From: Trichoplax sp. H2
Lineage: Eukaryota
DNA length: 64,000 bases
Reading direction: 5' to 3'
Assembly (NCBI GenBank): GCA_003344405.1
Contig: NOWV01000167.1
Span: forward strand, 62,001-126,000
The notes beneath the pieces are model-generated. The model did no database searches. It was not told where the DNA came from and worked only from the letters and a program-made list of their open reading frames with translations. Both the position numbers and the translations under genes were made by a program. Of this stretch, positions 1 through 36,115 are shown piece by piece (position 1 is the stretch's first letter; every line of letters starts with the position of its first letter).

Positions 1-21074
<21,074 letters not shown>

Positions 21075-22373
21075 ACGGTTTATACTAACAAAAAATGGTT
21101 GGAGGCAATTTATTTTAGATATTATTAATATTTTTAATAATAAAATTATTTACAGTTAAATGTATTTATATTCTGGACAATTATGGTATGGTATATATTT
21201 GTTAACCATTTTTATAGTAAGACGGAATGATATAGGAATTCGTGATAACGCTCCAACGTTTGCATTACAATTTATTCAGAGTACTTGAATAATTTTGTTA
21301 TGTCATATTATGAATGCTAGTTTAATATTTTATATTGTACATACTCTGCTATATATTAAAACTACTGTGTAAAGGCAAGATATAGATGACAGATAATTAG
21401 TAATTGGCATATATTTCAGGCCTTTGAGGGTATTAATACAACTATGTAATGAATGAATTATTTTATACAAATCCAATGAAGAAAAATGGATTTGCAACTG
21501 CTTAGTATTAGAATTTTATAAATTTAGATTTATAATACAGCATCTAGGTTTATTTTACGGTTGCAGCTGTTTAATTTGTGTAGTAATATTATTCTATAGA
21601 GTCTCACTATAAAATGAACTGATTTAACCTGCTTATGGAACAACAGGTTTGAATACTCAAAGTTGACTTATAGCACTGCTGAGCGATTGTAAGAAGTTTT
21701 AAATTATCTTTTTTCGTATACTTAGGCATACGAGATTTTCAAGAATAAATTCTTTAACTTAAAAAAGACTTTGATGTAGCTAATGTGTTATACTGTTTTG
21801 ATAAACCCCCTCTTCTATGACTGATTACTTTACAATATCTACTCTGTATCAGCTGTAGACACGCTTAAAATAAAATATAACTAAACATTAAGGTGCTCCA
21901 TGTAGTATAAAAATTGAATTTTATTCATAATTGCAAACAAATGATTAAATTGCACTGCAGATTAGATTATAAAGATGAAAGAAATAAAAACAGGAATAAA
22001 TTATAGCCTTCAAAGTCCTATGTATTCAAGCGATGATACTATATGTTATTCCGAAACTAAATTTACTAAAATACTCACGCTATATGAGTTGATAAGCACA
22101 AAAAATTTTAAAAGTATAAATTTAAAAAAGTAATGACAGGAAATAAATCGTTAGGTCCAAAAAACGTTTAATTGGCATTACTTAATACATATCAAAATAT
22201 TATATGCGTGTTTCATTCAATTAATTATGGAGGATTGAACTGATTACCATGAAATCATAAAATTAAATTAAACGACTAGAACTACAGAACCAATGACTAA
22301 ATTTCAGACTAACTTTCCATTATTAGCAATCTATTAAATCGTGATACTGAAAGGAAAGACAAGAATTTCCTTA

Positions 22374-25300
22374 TTAAGAGATTAACAATCGCACCAATCC
22401 GGCTATGAATAACAGGATTGTTGCTGAAAGGAATTGAGCTGAGCGTCCACTTCCTGAATCGTATCTTCCGAGTAATTTAGCGACTCGGTCGGTATCATCT
22501 GTGATTAATCTTTGTAATCCCCAACCAATCATTTGGTTAATTAGGGTATCACTAGCTTTCAGTTCCTTTTCTGATAGTGTCATTTTGTAAATGGTCCAAG
22601 CACCTGCGCTAACTTTATTGCCGTAATATTTTTCCAGCCCTTGTAGACTGCTTTCTTTCATCAATCGACTATACATATTATAATCGATATCGAAGAAAGC
22701 TCCTTGATAGGTTTTCAAGACAGCGCCTGTCATGAGTAAATACTCGGTAAAATTAGGCCCGTTGGGCAGAACTCGTAGACATTTGGATAAATCAGGTAAG
22801 CCACCATATTCTTTTTTTGCGTCATAATCTTGATCAAATTCACCAAGGTAAAAGAATGTACCAACAACAAGATTAGGGTTTAATTTTTTAACGGCTGCGG
22901 TTGTAAAAGCATCAAATGAGTTGACAAAAACTTTCTTTTCCATATTATACTTGGCGATCATGTCAACTACTGCTTTAGCAACAGCCTCTGCGTTTTGTTT
23001 ACGATTCGCATCTCGTCTAGTTGATTTAATCTAGTGAACAGAATAGAGAAAAGGATTGATAAAGATGAAAAATACTAATGAAATGAAGTAGTAAAAAATT
23101 TTCTGCAATATACGCGTATAAACTTATATCAAGGTGAAAAGAGATGATAAAGTAAATGTTAGAATATTAACAAGAATTGCCTATAACGGTGTAATTGTAC
23201 ATAGAAATATACCGTGCAATTGCAGATATTTTAATTGCAAATGAACTGGGATTGGTATATCTATTACTTTATGATAATATTCTGTTTTAATTAAAATGGC
23301 TAAAGTAATTATTAGAAAGAATAAAAATGCTAACTAACAATTCATATTGCTCAAAACTGTCCACTGTCGCATTTATGTGTGCTTATAAATTAGAATATAA
23401 TTGTCCATTTCAAAATACTGTAATACTACATCATGAATTCTATAATCTAAATAGGTTAAAACATTAAAGGAAATTATGGGAAGGAAACAAATACAGCTTT
23501 ATTACATAGTGCAGATAGAAAGTCATCATGATCCTCTATGAAATCGTCTTGATATTTTAATGTCTAATTAGTAACGATGGTATAACTAACTTCAGTATAA
23601 ATTAAATAGTCTTTATCTTGGAACATTTCATAGATATCTTCTAGCAATGGAATTGGACGTTCTTTGTCGAATTTAAAGATCTTTCCCTCTATAAATGGAT
23701 AATAATATATATATTAAGAAGATATCGATGATAGGGTTACCTCAAATGATCGATTATATAAAGCATAGGTAAAACCTGTGATTATAAAGGCTCAGTTTTG
23801 TTTAAGATAGGATTAAGACGAGAGACACTATGAAATTAAACTGGCTACGATAAAGATATAAAGTAAATATAGTATTATGTACATTATTTATCTATTTCAG
23901 GAGTTCTTACCTAGAAAATTTATTCTATTACTATATGTTAAGGAAATACCGGAACTAATTAGTTAAAATTATTAAATATTTATCGGTGAGAAATCAAAAG
24001 ATAATAAAGGATAATTTATGCAATTAATAGTGAGTGTAAGCTATGAAGAGACGCTTTAAAAAAAGTACTGGAATAACTATAGAAAATAGAAGATTAATAT
24101 CAATCGCCTCAACTATCTAATGCAAACGTTCTCTCCTCTAAATGGGTCATTTTATCGTGCATTATGACACTGATATTCAATTGTTGCGACATTTAAAAAT
24201 TATTACCTAGATAACGTATATAAAAATTATGTTGTGATTGCCTGCGGATATGTATAGTGTTATAAAAATAGGTAATTATAATTGTAAGGTAAAACTAGAT
24301 AAGAAAACATTAAATATCAATATGAAATATTATAAAAATTTAATATTAATATGGAATCGCTCTGTACTTTTAATGTGGATATGTAAACATTGACTATCTG
24401 AAATAGCACAGCCTAGACCATAGCTGTAAATATAGTTAGCGAAGTTCACGTATCATGATGGCATGTTGTATTATTAGTTGAGGTATACAAGCACAAGTGT
24501 AGGGAAGTAACGCTAAGTCATATTGATACAAAGCTGTAAGGATGTCTAATAATTAGTGAGTACATGATGATTCGGTCAACTGGAGTGCATACTGTACTGA
24601 ACTTGGTGTAACTAAGTGTTGTAGTCCATGTTGGCGTAGCTGACTGCTCATAATAAGTACACTTATTTAGACTCGTCCTACGTACGACATAAAGCAGGGA
24701 CCTAGCGCAATAGCGCAAGCTATTACAACCAGTTGTGTAATAAAGGGAACCAATTTAAAAGCTACTTTTAGAGCAACTACGAGTAAAATAATAATATAGA
24801 TACATAACACCAACACAGATGAAAAGAGAAACGGAGGCAGTTTATATAATTACCGGAAGTTGAAAACAGTTATAGAAACATAAATCAATTTCGATAACTT
24901 CTATCGTCAAATTCAATAGATATTTCTGTAAGTAGAGGATTTTCAAATTATTAATCTAGATGCCGATACTAAAGTTGGTGATAATTAAAATAGTCAACGA
25001 GTGAAAAAGGTAGTCTATCATACCGTCTTAAGTGGAAAATTGGGAAACCGAGTTATCAAAGAAATTCCGTGAGAAAAAATTAAAGATACCGTAACCAATT
25101 TTAGCGTATAGAAACAATTTGGGTTCTGCTTTTTTATTTAATTAATTTACGGATCTTTCTCTACATGAATAGATTCATCTATCACTGATTTGAAATACGG
25201 ATGTTCACGCTAATAGTATTTTGAATTATCGAGGCTACAAAATATAAAAAAAAATTGGGTATGACCGCTTTAATAACAGTTTAAGTGAATATTTGAGTAC

Positions 25301-28300
25301 TGAGACGAGAAGCTATAAGGATAAGTTAGTGAAAGGCTTCGTAGAAATAGAAATACAAATTTAATTAATTCTTTCATCATCAAGTTTTATAGATACTTTA
25401 TCTAAAGCTGATTGAAGACCAATTTATATAAAGTTGATATTAGCGTTTATAAATCTAAAGATGTGTAATCAACAAGCCGATAATTATGATCATTCAAAGT
25501 TTATCTCTATAGTATTTCTGACGAAATATTCAGTAGAGAATATAGACTGAAGTAAGTGAAAGAAATATCAAAGGGAAATATAATAACTCCAATTGGAATA
25601 CAATGATTATTCAAATTGTAGTCGTCTATTTTAATGACGATAACATTTATATTTCATCTTGTGAAGGATATCAACGCACGCCGTTTAACATTCATTGAAA
25701 ATCGAAAATATTTAATTTAGATCAATACTAGATTACGTGATTGCCTTGTCCTAATAAATATCACGTAATTGATTGATTAGCTTGACGTGGTGGCATATGC
25801 AAGAAGATATGATTGGAACGTTTAATGATTGAGTGACATTAAAGTGAAGCTGGATTATATGGCATCTTGTCACCTCATCACTATCTCGATTGATAGATGG
25901 ATGGAAACGAAATTTCGAAAGGGGTGTAAAAATCTATTTAAAGATGGGCTAGACAGATATATGTAAGATAAAAGCAATCCTGTTTTAGAGATCGAAAACA
26001 ATCGTATAAACAAATATGAGTATATATGTAGAAATATGATTTATCGTTAGCTTATCATACCATCGCTCCATTACGATGTAAATTATACAGAAATCTCTTT
26101 CATATCTGGTACTATTTTGTTATTAAATTGTATAGTTAGAAACACAATAACAGAAAATAAAAGATATGAAGGTTTGATGAATTAAATCAACATCTTAAGA
26201 GTCGATTTTGAAAATATTTGAGATATTTATTTCTACGCTATTGCTACCAAAGATATTTAATTGAAAAATTTTTGTTATAGTGGCATTTCAGAGAAGAGTC
26301 TATTATTGATCATAAAGTAAACAACTATACATCATGAAATAATGGACTTTTTAAGATTGAATGAGAAAGTAATAATGTTAATATATAAATAAAGAAATAT
26401 AGAGAGAAATTATTATGTCTAAAGCTGTATAGGTCATGACATGACATGGCTTAATTTTCGATATTCAAGTGAAAACCCAAAACTTTTTTGTCTATCTATA
26501 GGTATTGAAACAATTAAGCATAAAAGCAAGAGCAATAAATATCGGCATATAATATAATCGTATAAAGTCGAAAAATCAAGATAGAAACTTGGATAGCGCC
26601 TGCGGCATCATACGAGTATCGGCAAGTTTATAAATAAATTGCAGCTCCTTAACTTCGATTTTATTACGATCTCATTTACCGTGATCAACCGTTGCTATAG
26701 ACGTTGCAATTAAATATGCAAAAGAAAATTAATCAATATCAGCCTGTAATATACTCGTGTAATGCCGAAAAACCAAGACAGAAAGTTGGATAGTGTTTAT
26801 TTCATCATCGAGGCAAGTTTGTAGATAAATTGCAGATGTATCACTGAAATCATTACGATCTTACTTGGCATAATCCATCGTTAAAATTAGTACCACTGTC
26901 TAGGGAAAGTAGTGAAGGGTGATAGTATAGATTCGTTTTGATATGCATATTGGAGTACTGAACTCAATAAGACTATCAGGGATAGAAAGATTTTCACTAA
27001 AATCCATTGATGTTGACGTTTACTGCTTTTATGAGAACGGCTACTAATAATTGATAAAGTTTGTTAAAATTTACAAAGGAGACGAGGTAAAGAGGGGTGG
27101 CGTTAATTCATTCTAGCATTAAGCAAAAGCCGACCATCATTTTAATCTAACAACAATCGATCACAATACTATAAATAGTCAATTTTCAATTAGAATTAGT
27201 CCTAATAACTAATAGAGGGTTATGAAATATTCAGTAGAGGTAATGATGACTGCTGTACTTGTAATAAGTTTCTATCGCGATATAATTATCGGGATAGTTT
27301 CTATTTCCTTGTATAAAAAAGAAAAGGACGATATTTTTCAATTTAAAACAATGACAGCGATAAGGATGAGGGAGCTGTCTAATATCAATGACAGATTTAA
27401 CATATATTCAGTAAAATAAACGATTTTAACATTTGAATTTTAATTGAAATGATGTGGAGTAAATTAAAATCACGTAGATCGCCAATTGACAGAATGATGA
27501 TCATAAGTAAAATTAAAATGTAGTGGTACCACGTTAACAAAGACAATTCCTTAAACAATTTATGATGTATTTCCGAGTGTGAGCGCAATCTTGGAAAAAT
27601 AGCCATTCTTGCAATCATATTATGACGGGGCACAAGCTAGCAAATATACTGTCAATGATGGCTTCCTAATAAGAATAAATTAGAGTACAGGAAAATAGAG
27701 TCATAAACTCAAGCATCAGAACTGCAAGTATGACGTTATCCCGGAAAAAGTCAAATCTCTAAGATCACTAAACTGCTATAGAATTCATAAAACAACGAGC
27801 GATGAAATTGCCAGTCAAAATGAACTTATTTCAATTACAACTATATAAACCCGAAAATAATTTAGTAAAATTTAGAAAAAATAATGCCAGTCCTTATAAA
27901 GCCCGTGAAATAGAAGGAATGGGAACTGTTTTTCATCTGACGTGATGGACGGAAGTTGTGCAGATCCTGTGTATGCTTTGATGTCCGATAGACAGGATAC
28001 AGCAAGAGTGATGGCAATCATGCGACATGTCTTGCTATTATAAAATGCGAATAAAACAATTCAGAAATAGTTTCATAATTGAACCAAAGTAAGGACATAT
28101 CAAGCAAAGTCTTCATGTTATGATAAATGAGCCCTGAATACCCTAGTATAAGATGTCAAGAGAAAATTTAAGAAAAGAGGAGTAAACGAGTCAGCACTAA
28201 ACAACAATCACATCTTTGATCCAGTTAGCGATAGAGCACCTTTACAGGAAATTAAAGTAATAGACGTTTGGTTAAGGTAGGTTGACTCTATCTTGTGGTA

Positions 28301-31300
28301 AAGTAATTAACGATAAATAACTTACATCATGATGGATCCTATAAAATATTATATTAAAATTTGATCATCACGAGTAATGAAAGGATAACAAGATTATATT
28401 TTTACGCTGATCGTATTTAGGAAATAGGATGTAGAATCAATGAGCAAGAAAGAAAATGAAAATGCATTATAAAAATATGAAAATAAACAGTAAATTCTTT
28501 CTCTAGATACAGTATCCTCTAAAGTCATATTAAAATGGAAATGAATGATGTCATATAGAGTTTTTGAAGGATCGTGAAAAACACTTCTCATGGAGGCGAA
28601 TGAAGCTATTGATCATAAAACAATAATTATTTCAGGCAATAGAATGTAAAGCCAAGTTGAACTATTTCATAAAACTGTAAGAAAGTGCAGAGCGCCTAAT
28701 TATAATTATAATAGAAGTCCATGATTTTTATATTTTAAAACTAAATTCCATAGAAATAAAATAATATCCGTAATTGTCATACGACGCACTTACATCTGGA
28801 TCATTTTTTGAACATCTCATTATATTCTTAATTAATGATTTACTGAAAATTTTCAATATTTCGCATACCTATTAATATAGAGTCTGTATAATATCGTGCC
28901 CATTTCATCAAAGTAGAAAGTACGGTGAATGTTTATATTTTAGTCTTTCATAAATGATATTTACTGTTAATAAATATATTTTCGAGATTTAATCATTTAT
29001 GATTCAAATATTAGCGGTAGGACTAATAATTAAATCCCGATAATTCGATTGTAAATTATTTCGGACCATCTTTTTATCAATATTAAATAATGAATAACTG
29101 AAAATTTTAATACTTCGCACAACGCAAATATAGCATCAATAATATATATTATCTGTATATATCGTGTCCATTTAATCAAAATAGGAAATATGATAAGTGT
29201 TTCTATTCCTGATTTTCATACGTGGTACTTACTGTAGATGAATATGTTTTGGAAATTTTAACATCTGCGATTCAAATATTAACGGTATGACTCATAATTA
29301 AACTATGAATTATTTTTTGGCCATCTAAATATTAACAGTAAATAACGATTTACTGAAAATTTCAATATTTTACACATCACTAATATAGTGTCTGTATATA
29401 GCGCGCTCCTTTAAGCAAAGTAGAAATTACAGCGATTTTTTTACTTTTTTAACTTTCATAAATAGTACTTACTGTTAATGAATTAATTTTGGAAAATTTT
29501 ATCATCTACTATTCAAGTATGAGCGATGTGACCCAATTAAATCGTAAAAGTGATTGTAAAATTTTCAATAGCAACAAACTCAATGACTAGACTCAATGCA
29601 AGAATTTAACTTAAACTATTCTAAGGGTGGATTTTCACTTACTATAGTCAATCTCCTTCTTTACCATGGCTTTGGATATTTCTTCGTATGTTGATTCGTA
29701 GATATTAAGTTTTTTACCAGTCAAATGCTATAAGATAAAATAATACAGGATAACCATTAAAATACTATACAGAATAAACTACTAAGTGAAATAAAAATGG
29801 AAAGAGGAGTGTCATAATATGCAATAATTGAGTGGACCTAGAAATAAATGCAAATCAAGAGCGATAATTTTATCCTACTTTCACAAATAATAACGATAAT
29901 TAAATTGAATTTTTATAGCATTCAATCGATATTTACTTCTAAATCTGCATCATGGAAGACAGCTAATTTATTATCTTTTGTCAAAAAGACATCCAATTCG
30001 AAACCGTCAACATATTTCTTTTTAAGAAGACTTTCAAATCCATCCATAGTGTTCTCTTGGTAAACCATGGGATTACCGCGATGGCCAATAATCAATGGCT
30101 TCTTCTTGCTATGAAACAAGTGATCTTCTGGAATAACACCCGTTGCACCAGATACACAATCTGGGAACGGCTTGCGAGCTCGGCGGAATTTTCTTAGTAA
30201 TCTGCCAACATCATCGGCTATCAATCTATGATAAAGGGGGTCAAAATGCGATAAGTCATGATCTGTAAAAGAGCTTTGCAAAGTATTATAGACTTGGGAA
30301 TATTAAACATTACACTTCACCTATACGAATAGGTATAAATTCGTAAATGTCATTCTCAAATTGAAAATTAAATCTATATGCTGCATATACTGTATACTAT
30401 ATATCACGATATATAGGAGAACTTTATAAAGATTTGTAGATAGTTCTACTATAGACTTGGGAATTATTAAATATTACATTCCACCTATAGGAAAAGGTAT
30501 GAATTAATAAATGTCATTCTCAAATTGAAAATTAAATCTGTATGCTGCGCATGTGAGTCATGATATATAGAAGGACTTTGCAAAATACTGTAGGTAGTTT
30601 TGCTATAGACTTTACTATAGACTTGGAAATGTTAAATACTATATTTTGCTTATACAAAAAGGTGTAAATAATAAATATCATTCTTAAATTGGAAATTAAA
30701 TCTGTAAGTTACTTATAATATAAGCTACGATATGTAGAAGAGCTTTACAAAAAAATTGAAGGTAGTTTTAGGTCCCTCTCTCCTTCTCTTTAGTAATGCC
30801 AGGTTTTACTATAGCTTAGAAAATTTTAAATACTACGTTCTGCTTATGCGAAAAGGTATAAATTGATAAACGTCATTCTTTAATTGGAAATTAAATCAAT
30901 AAGCTGATAAAGCTAAATAGAATCTAATATCTTACGTAGAATATTAATGTATCATTAATTCTGAAATACCACAGTTTAATTTTCAATCTAAATCAATTCT
31001 TGATGAAGTAATATAATTTAATTTTATAGCTGATTAAGGATAGGTTAGGCTAAATCAACGTCTTGTCCATAAAACTATGCCACCACGTGGAATCTACCGA
31101 TTTATGCATATCTCGCGGTCGAAAATAAAAATAAAAAGTAAAAGACAATTTCCAAAGCAAATTATTGCAACTATAGCAATGAGTTGTAAAATACCAAAGT
31201 CATACGAATACTATAATCATTCAGATAAAGCTTATAGTATAGAAATTAGCTAAGGAACCAAATATATTAAGCGCTTAGAACTCAATTAAATATATTTAGA

Positions 31301-34300
31301 AAGCTATTTTGAGCGAGCATATGTAAACTATCGAATATTATTACCTATCAACTCCCCATTTCATCATATTGTCAATTTCTTTTTCTTGAGCGTCAATTTG
31401 TTCTATCGTTTGTGCCATCCTATAGATAGTGTAAGCCCCACCGCTAACTTGACCTCCGAATAAACCTTCCATTTGCTTTTTAGTTAAATTACTAACTAAA
31501 GGATTATTATAGACTAGCGAATTCATAGTAAAGAAAGAGCCATTATAAGTTTTCAAGACTGCGCCTGTTTCAAACAAGAATCTCATAAATTGCAATCGAT
31601 CGGGTATGGCTTTGGAGCAAGCTTCTAATCCAGGGAAGGATCCATATTCTGCATGGCTATCATACGTAGCCGCTTGGAATTCATCGGGATAAAAGTAATT
31701 ACCGACTACTAATTTAGGATTGCTCATTTTAGCAGCGCGAACTTTCCAAAAATCGAAAGAATTAACCACGGATTTATTTTCCAAGTTATACTTTCTAACG
31801 ATATTACCAACAGCAGCACCGATTTTATTGATATAATTCATATCTGGCTGTTTAACAGGTGTGTCAGGTTTCATCTTTAAGAAAAGCAAACAATACAAAT
31901 CTCTCCTTAATATTTAGCTGTAAAAATTACCAATTTCTTAATTTAAACAAAACTTGAAGCATTCATACCACAAGCGTATCTGAGGCCATAAAACGAAAAG
32001 ATCAAACTAAAAAGCAAAGAAACGCGTATATCCCACTTTGAACAATGCTCAACTACTACTTTAGGCCCATAGTATATCAATTTACAATAAACTTGTTTTT
32101 TTGTAGCTTACTATTGGAAAATAAACTATCAAGCTATCTTTCATTTACTTACCTTTGGATCCATTTACCTCAATTATCAAGCACTAGTACTACTTAATGT
32201 AACGAATTCTATTTTTTTTTTGAAACTGTGCCTTAGCAGAACGATGACTTCGATGCAAAATAAAATTTACGCAAAAATATATATCGCCAATTGCAACGAT
32301 TTATGCCTCGAGTACGGTGCTTTATCAGAGTAAGTTATGCATAGCAAGAATTGATTGTTTCAATCAGTACAAGAGATTTAAGGTATGTAAGAGTCCTGTT
32401 TATAGAAATCTCTCTAACTCATAGTACACGAAGAACGCTAAACATGTTTAAATTTCTAAAAAATTCGCAAATCTTATTATAACTCATGTAATTCTAGGTT
32501 TACCTCAATAAATATAAGCATGTCTTCGTTGACAAATCGTTTTAATATGTCGTCCAGCAAAGGAAGCTTTCGTGTTTTACCAAATTCATATGTATTTTCG
32601 CCTAGAGAGAAAGAATAGTACGCATTAGCTATAATTTTATAGATACTAATGCTATATAGAGAAAAATATCTATGCATAAACGTTAGGAAGGGCAGAATTT
32701 CGCTTTGCTAGTCTGACTATAATATATTTTTAGGCAATAGGAATTACACATAAATAATACGATCATATTATATTATAGGCATTTTATTGAGTTATAACGT
32801 TTTATATCTTGTTTATAACAGAGCTACACCAATTACTATAGCTGTATATTAAGTACCCATATTTATAAACTTACCGTATTTCATTGTTGCTTTCAAATTT
32901 AAGTCACTTAAAATCTCTGCGTAGGTCATATTATAGATGATTTTATCAGTTCCAGTCAAATGCTGCAAATATAGTACAACAAATTTATGGTTACGATGGA
33001 TAATATGTTATTTACCACTTATCCAAGATACAAAGGCAATTAAATTGAAAATATTAACTATCTTCTTATTACACCTTTCTGGCTAAAACAGTACTGATAG
33101 TAGCAATAGTTTTTCAAAGTATGATTGCTGTTATAATAGCGGCAAATAGGAGAGAATACATGGTATCAAGATGGCAGATGACGTATGATTTATTGGATTA
33201 GCAATTATATTCAATGCCGAATATAGAGTGTTACCAATATGCAATTTAGAATTGCGTCTGCTAACTAAAATTAAATGAAACGCTAATATAATTGTCTAAA
33301 AAATTAAAATTACAAGTACTTTTTTACGTATCTTAGCACGGAAAATAAGTATATATCAGCTGCTTTATGCTATAGAAATTGCAGTTCTATAGCTATTCCT
33401 ACTATATTTTACTGCATTTGCTAATTATCAATTTATACATGCTAATCTTAGTTAAGTACGAGCAACTACTTCCATATACCATTGTTATAATGCTACCATA
33501 AATTGAGAATGTACATTTATCAACTGGTACGTGAGGATATAGTGTGCAACCTGCAATGTAGTTGCTATCGATTTATGCCTAAGAGGATAGCGTTCAAATA
33601 GTATTACTAATAGATGATATTAAATTTGTATATACGACGACGTAGAAAGAACAGGAAACGCCCAAATATTGTCTTTAAGAATATATATATCCATCTGTAA
33701 ATATTTAGGTTCCAGTATATTTAGTACTGGCATACCAGTGGTTATGATTAGCTAACGTCGCCAAATACTTGAAGTATTACTACTCGTACATGCAAATATT
33801 TATTATGCTTATCTAGCTAACTAGTTATCATTTTTGATCTACTTCAGGAATGACTAATAATAACAATAATTGCTTGGCTTTTACTATTACATGGTATAAA
33901 ATTAGACTTCTTAAAATTTTCTATGTTATCTGTAAATACAGTAAATATATTTACTTTGGATTAACTAATTTAACTTAAGTATAATTTTAAATAGTATCTG
34001 ATAGTAATAACCCAAGTTTTATCAAGTGCGGCTAAGAAATTCTTTGCAATATTGAATGTTAAACTGACATGCCCTCATAGAACTTCAAGCGTAAAATATC
34101 CAGGATATATTATCATCGACTTTTATCTATGCGAGTAATTGAATTCGATTTTTTAATGCGGAAATACTCATTGCAGTTTTGTGCGTTACATAACTTAATT
34201 ATGTCAGTCATAGCGATGAAGAGATACCGTTCTGATTTGAATAAAATAAACTGTTCAAGGAGCAGCACATACAATAATTTTCTGTGAATATCGTGCGGTT

Positions 34301-34671
34301 AATGGAGTCATTTAAGAATTTTTTTAAATTTCTGAAATTTATAGCTGATTTACCTCCGTATGCGGCTCATGAAATAGAACTAGTTGATCATCTTTCGTTA
34401 AGAATACGTCCAATTCGAAACCATCAGCGTTCGTATCCAATAAGCTGACGAAACCATCAAATGTATTCTCTTGATAAATGCGTGGATTGCCACGATGACC
34501 AATAATCAAGGGTCTATGGGTTTTATTATTTAAAATATGACCAGCCGGTATAGGTTGTATACGTGCATTTTTGGCTAGACAATCAGGCCATCGATTTTGT
34601 GCTAAAAGTAGTGGTAAGATGGTAGCCAATATGAGAAAAACTGAGAGCAAATTGAATTTTCTACTCAGCAT
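22374..34671 (-). CDS. Double-domain glycerophosphodiester phosphodiesterase (GDPD), secreted and GPI-anchor-like, paralogue A (about 720 aa)
   Basis: Eight exons: 34671-34354, 32962-32875, 32601-32504, 31874-31345, 30225-29937, 29727-29643, 23688-23591, 23030-22374. They total 2163 nt, stay in frame, and all introns are GT-AG. Hydrophobic N-terminal signal; two copies of IIGHRG..ENT..GFELDV..FH(E/D)..PLL(D/E)DI..(I/T)E(M/I)K..RLI(A/T)DD; C-terminal SGSGRS followed by a hydrophobic tail. Confidence 0.92.
26540..26882. repeat. Degenerate direct duplication, 2 copies, period about 197 bp
   Basis: GAAA(C/G)TTGGATAG at 26584 and 26781, each followed by GGCAAGTTT..ATAAATTGCAG..ATTACGATCT. Confidence 0.7.
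28835..29570. repeat. Degenerate tandem array, about 3 copies of 255 bp (intron 6 of GDPD A)
   Basis: ACTGAAAATTT at 28842, 29097 and 29352, with shared TCTGTATA, TTACTGT and ATTCAA(A/G)TAT blocks. Confidence 0.8.
30255..30900. repeat. Degenerate tandem array, 4 copies of about 164-195 bp (intron 4 of GDPD A)
   Basis: TTG(A/G)AAATTAAATC at 30361, 30525, 30689 and 30884; shared TATAGACTTGG and TCATTCT blocks. Confidence 0.85.
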
Positions 34672-35569
34672 CTTGATACTTTACACTTCAACAAAGCTGT
34701 ATCGTATCTCGATTCAGATTTTGTTTCGCTTCTTGAGCTACGTTAGATGACTGGCTCTAATGGTCCTTAATCATTCAATAATATAGGCAGAGAATGCCGT
34801 CAAGGCATCTCCAAATACTAATGCTATTGTCGACATCCTGCTAGATCAAATAAACATGTTTATCAACTAGAATATCTAATGTCTTCTTTATGAAGATTGA
34901 TCTTGCCATCTGTTGTATATTTCAAGTTCGCTATTTATTTTCATTTCTGCACACGCCAATGATATCTATGATACACCAATCAATCATGCATTTGGTAGTT
35001 CTAAATGAAACATTTCGTCCACTGCGTTCTCTTAATCAGTGGGTGTGAAGTGTCAAAAATATTTTTAAATTACGTTGTGGAACTAAATAAAAAATTATTG
35101 GTGCTCATCAAAGTAAATACCACTGGATTTTGAGGTAGCACCTACTGTGTTAAGGTAGAAGAATTCTAATGCAATGGATCACTGCAATTATTTTACAATT
35201 TAGGTGAGCTATCAACGGTAATGGTGAACTGATATCCTCATTAGAGACTCCAGTAATGACACCTATTACGATGAGAATTAATTAAAGATGATGAACTTAT
35301 AGCAAGTTTATAATATTTGCAAGCAAGATATTTCGATCGTTGTAAATAAAAATATGGTGAAATATGTAGTTATGCAATGGCTCTACTCATTATACACCAG
35401 TCAAATTTCTAATACATTAACCTAGCTTAATCTTAATCATGAAGCGTTACTGTTGCTAAAATACCTAGTATTTATTTAATTACTAAAAGTATGCTGAACT
35501 TGCTCTTCGTTTTACCTGACTATTGCTTATTTGCTAGAAGTTTGCCAGCAGTATCAAATGGTTTCTACT

Positions 35570-36115
35570 ATGGAATAAATATTCCGCTATCGCTGTAATT
35601 TTTCTACGTATTTTTAAGCTCCGAAAATGTTAACCTTTGAGAATTGACAGTTAACCATAGCAAATAAACATTCTGCTATCATTGAACTTACTTTATGCAT
35701 TTATAAGCTCCAAAAATGTTAATCTTTGAAAATCGATGGTTATGCTAGAGAATAAGCATTCTATCATCACGGTAGTTATTTTAGGCATTTTTAATCTTCC
35801 TACATTTTTAAGCTCCAAAAATGCTAACCTTTGATTCTTAAAGGTTGTTACGACTTATACTAGAGAATAAATATTCTGCTATCGTTGTATTTATTTCATG
35901 GATTTTCAAGCTCCATAAATGCTAACGTTTGAGAATCAACGGTTTACACTAGAGAACAAAGATTCTGTTATCGTTGTACTTATTTTATGCATTTTAAGGT
36001 TCATAATACTAACGTTTGCGAAACAATAGTTTATACCAGAAAAAATATATTTTGCTATCGTCATACTTTCTACAGTATATGCATTTTTAAGTTCCAAAAA
36101 TGTTACCCTTTCAGA
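35570..36115. repeat. Degenerate tandem array, 6 copies of about 88-105 bp
   Basis: AAGCTCC..AAATG(T/C)TAAC-like anchors at 35616, 35705, 35810, 35908, 35996 and 36089. Confidence 0.85.

Noticed and set aside
24560-24645. ATGATGA..CTGA suggesting a C/D box snoRNA
   Set aside because: It lies antisense to the host gene, and I see no terminal stem or recognisable rRNA guide. The motifs are too short to support a call.
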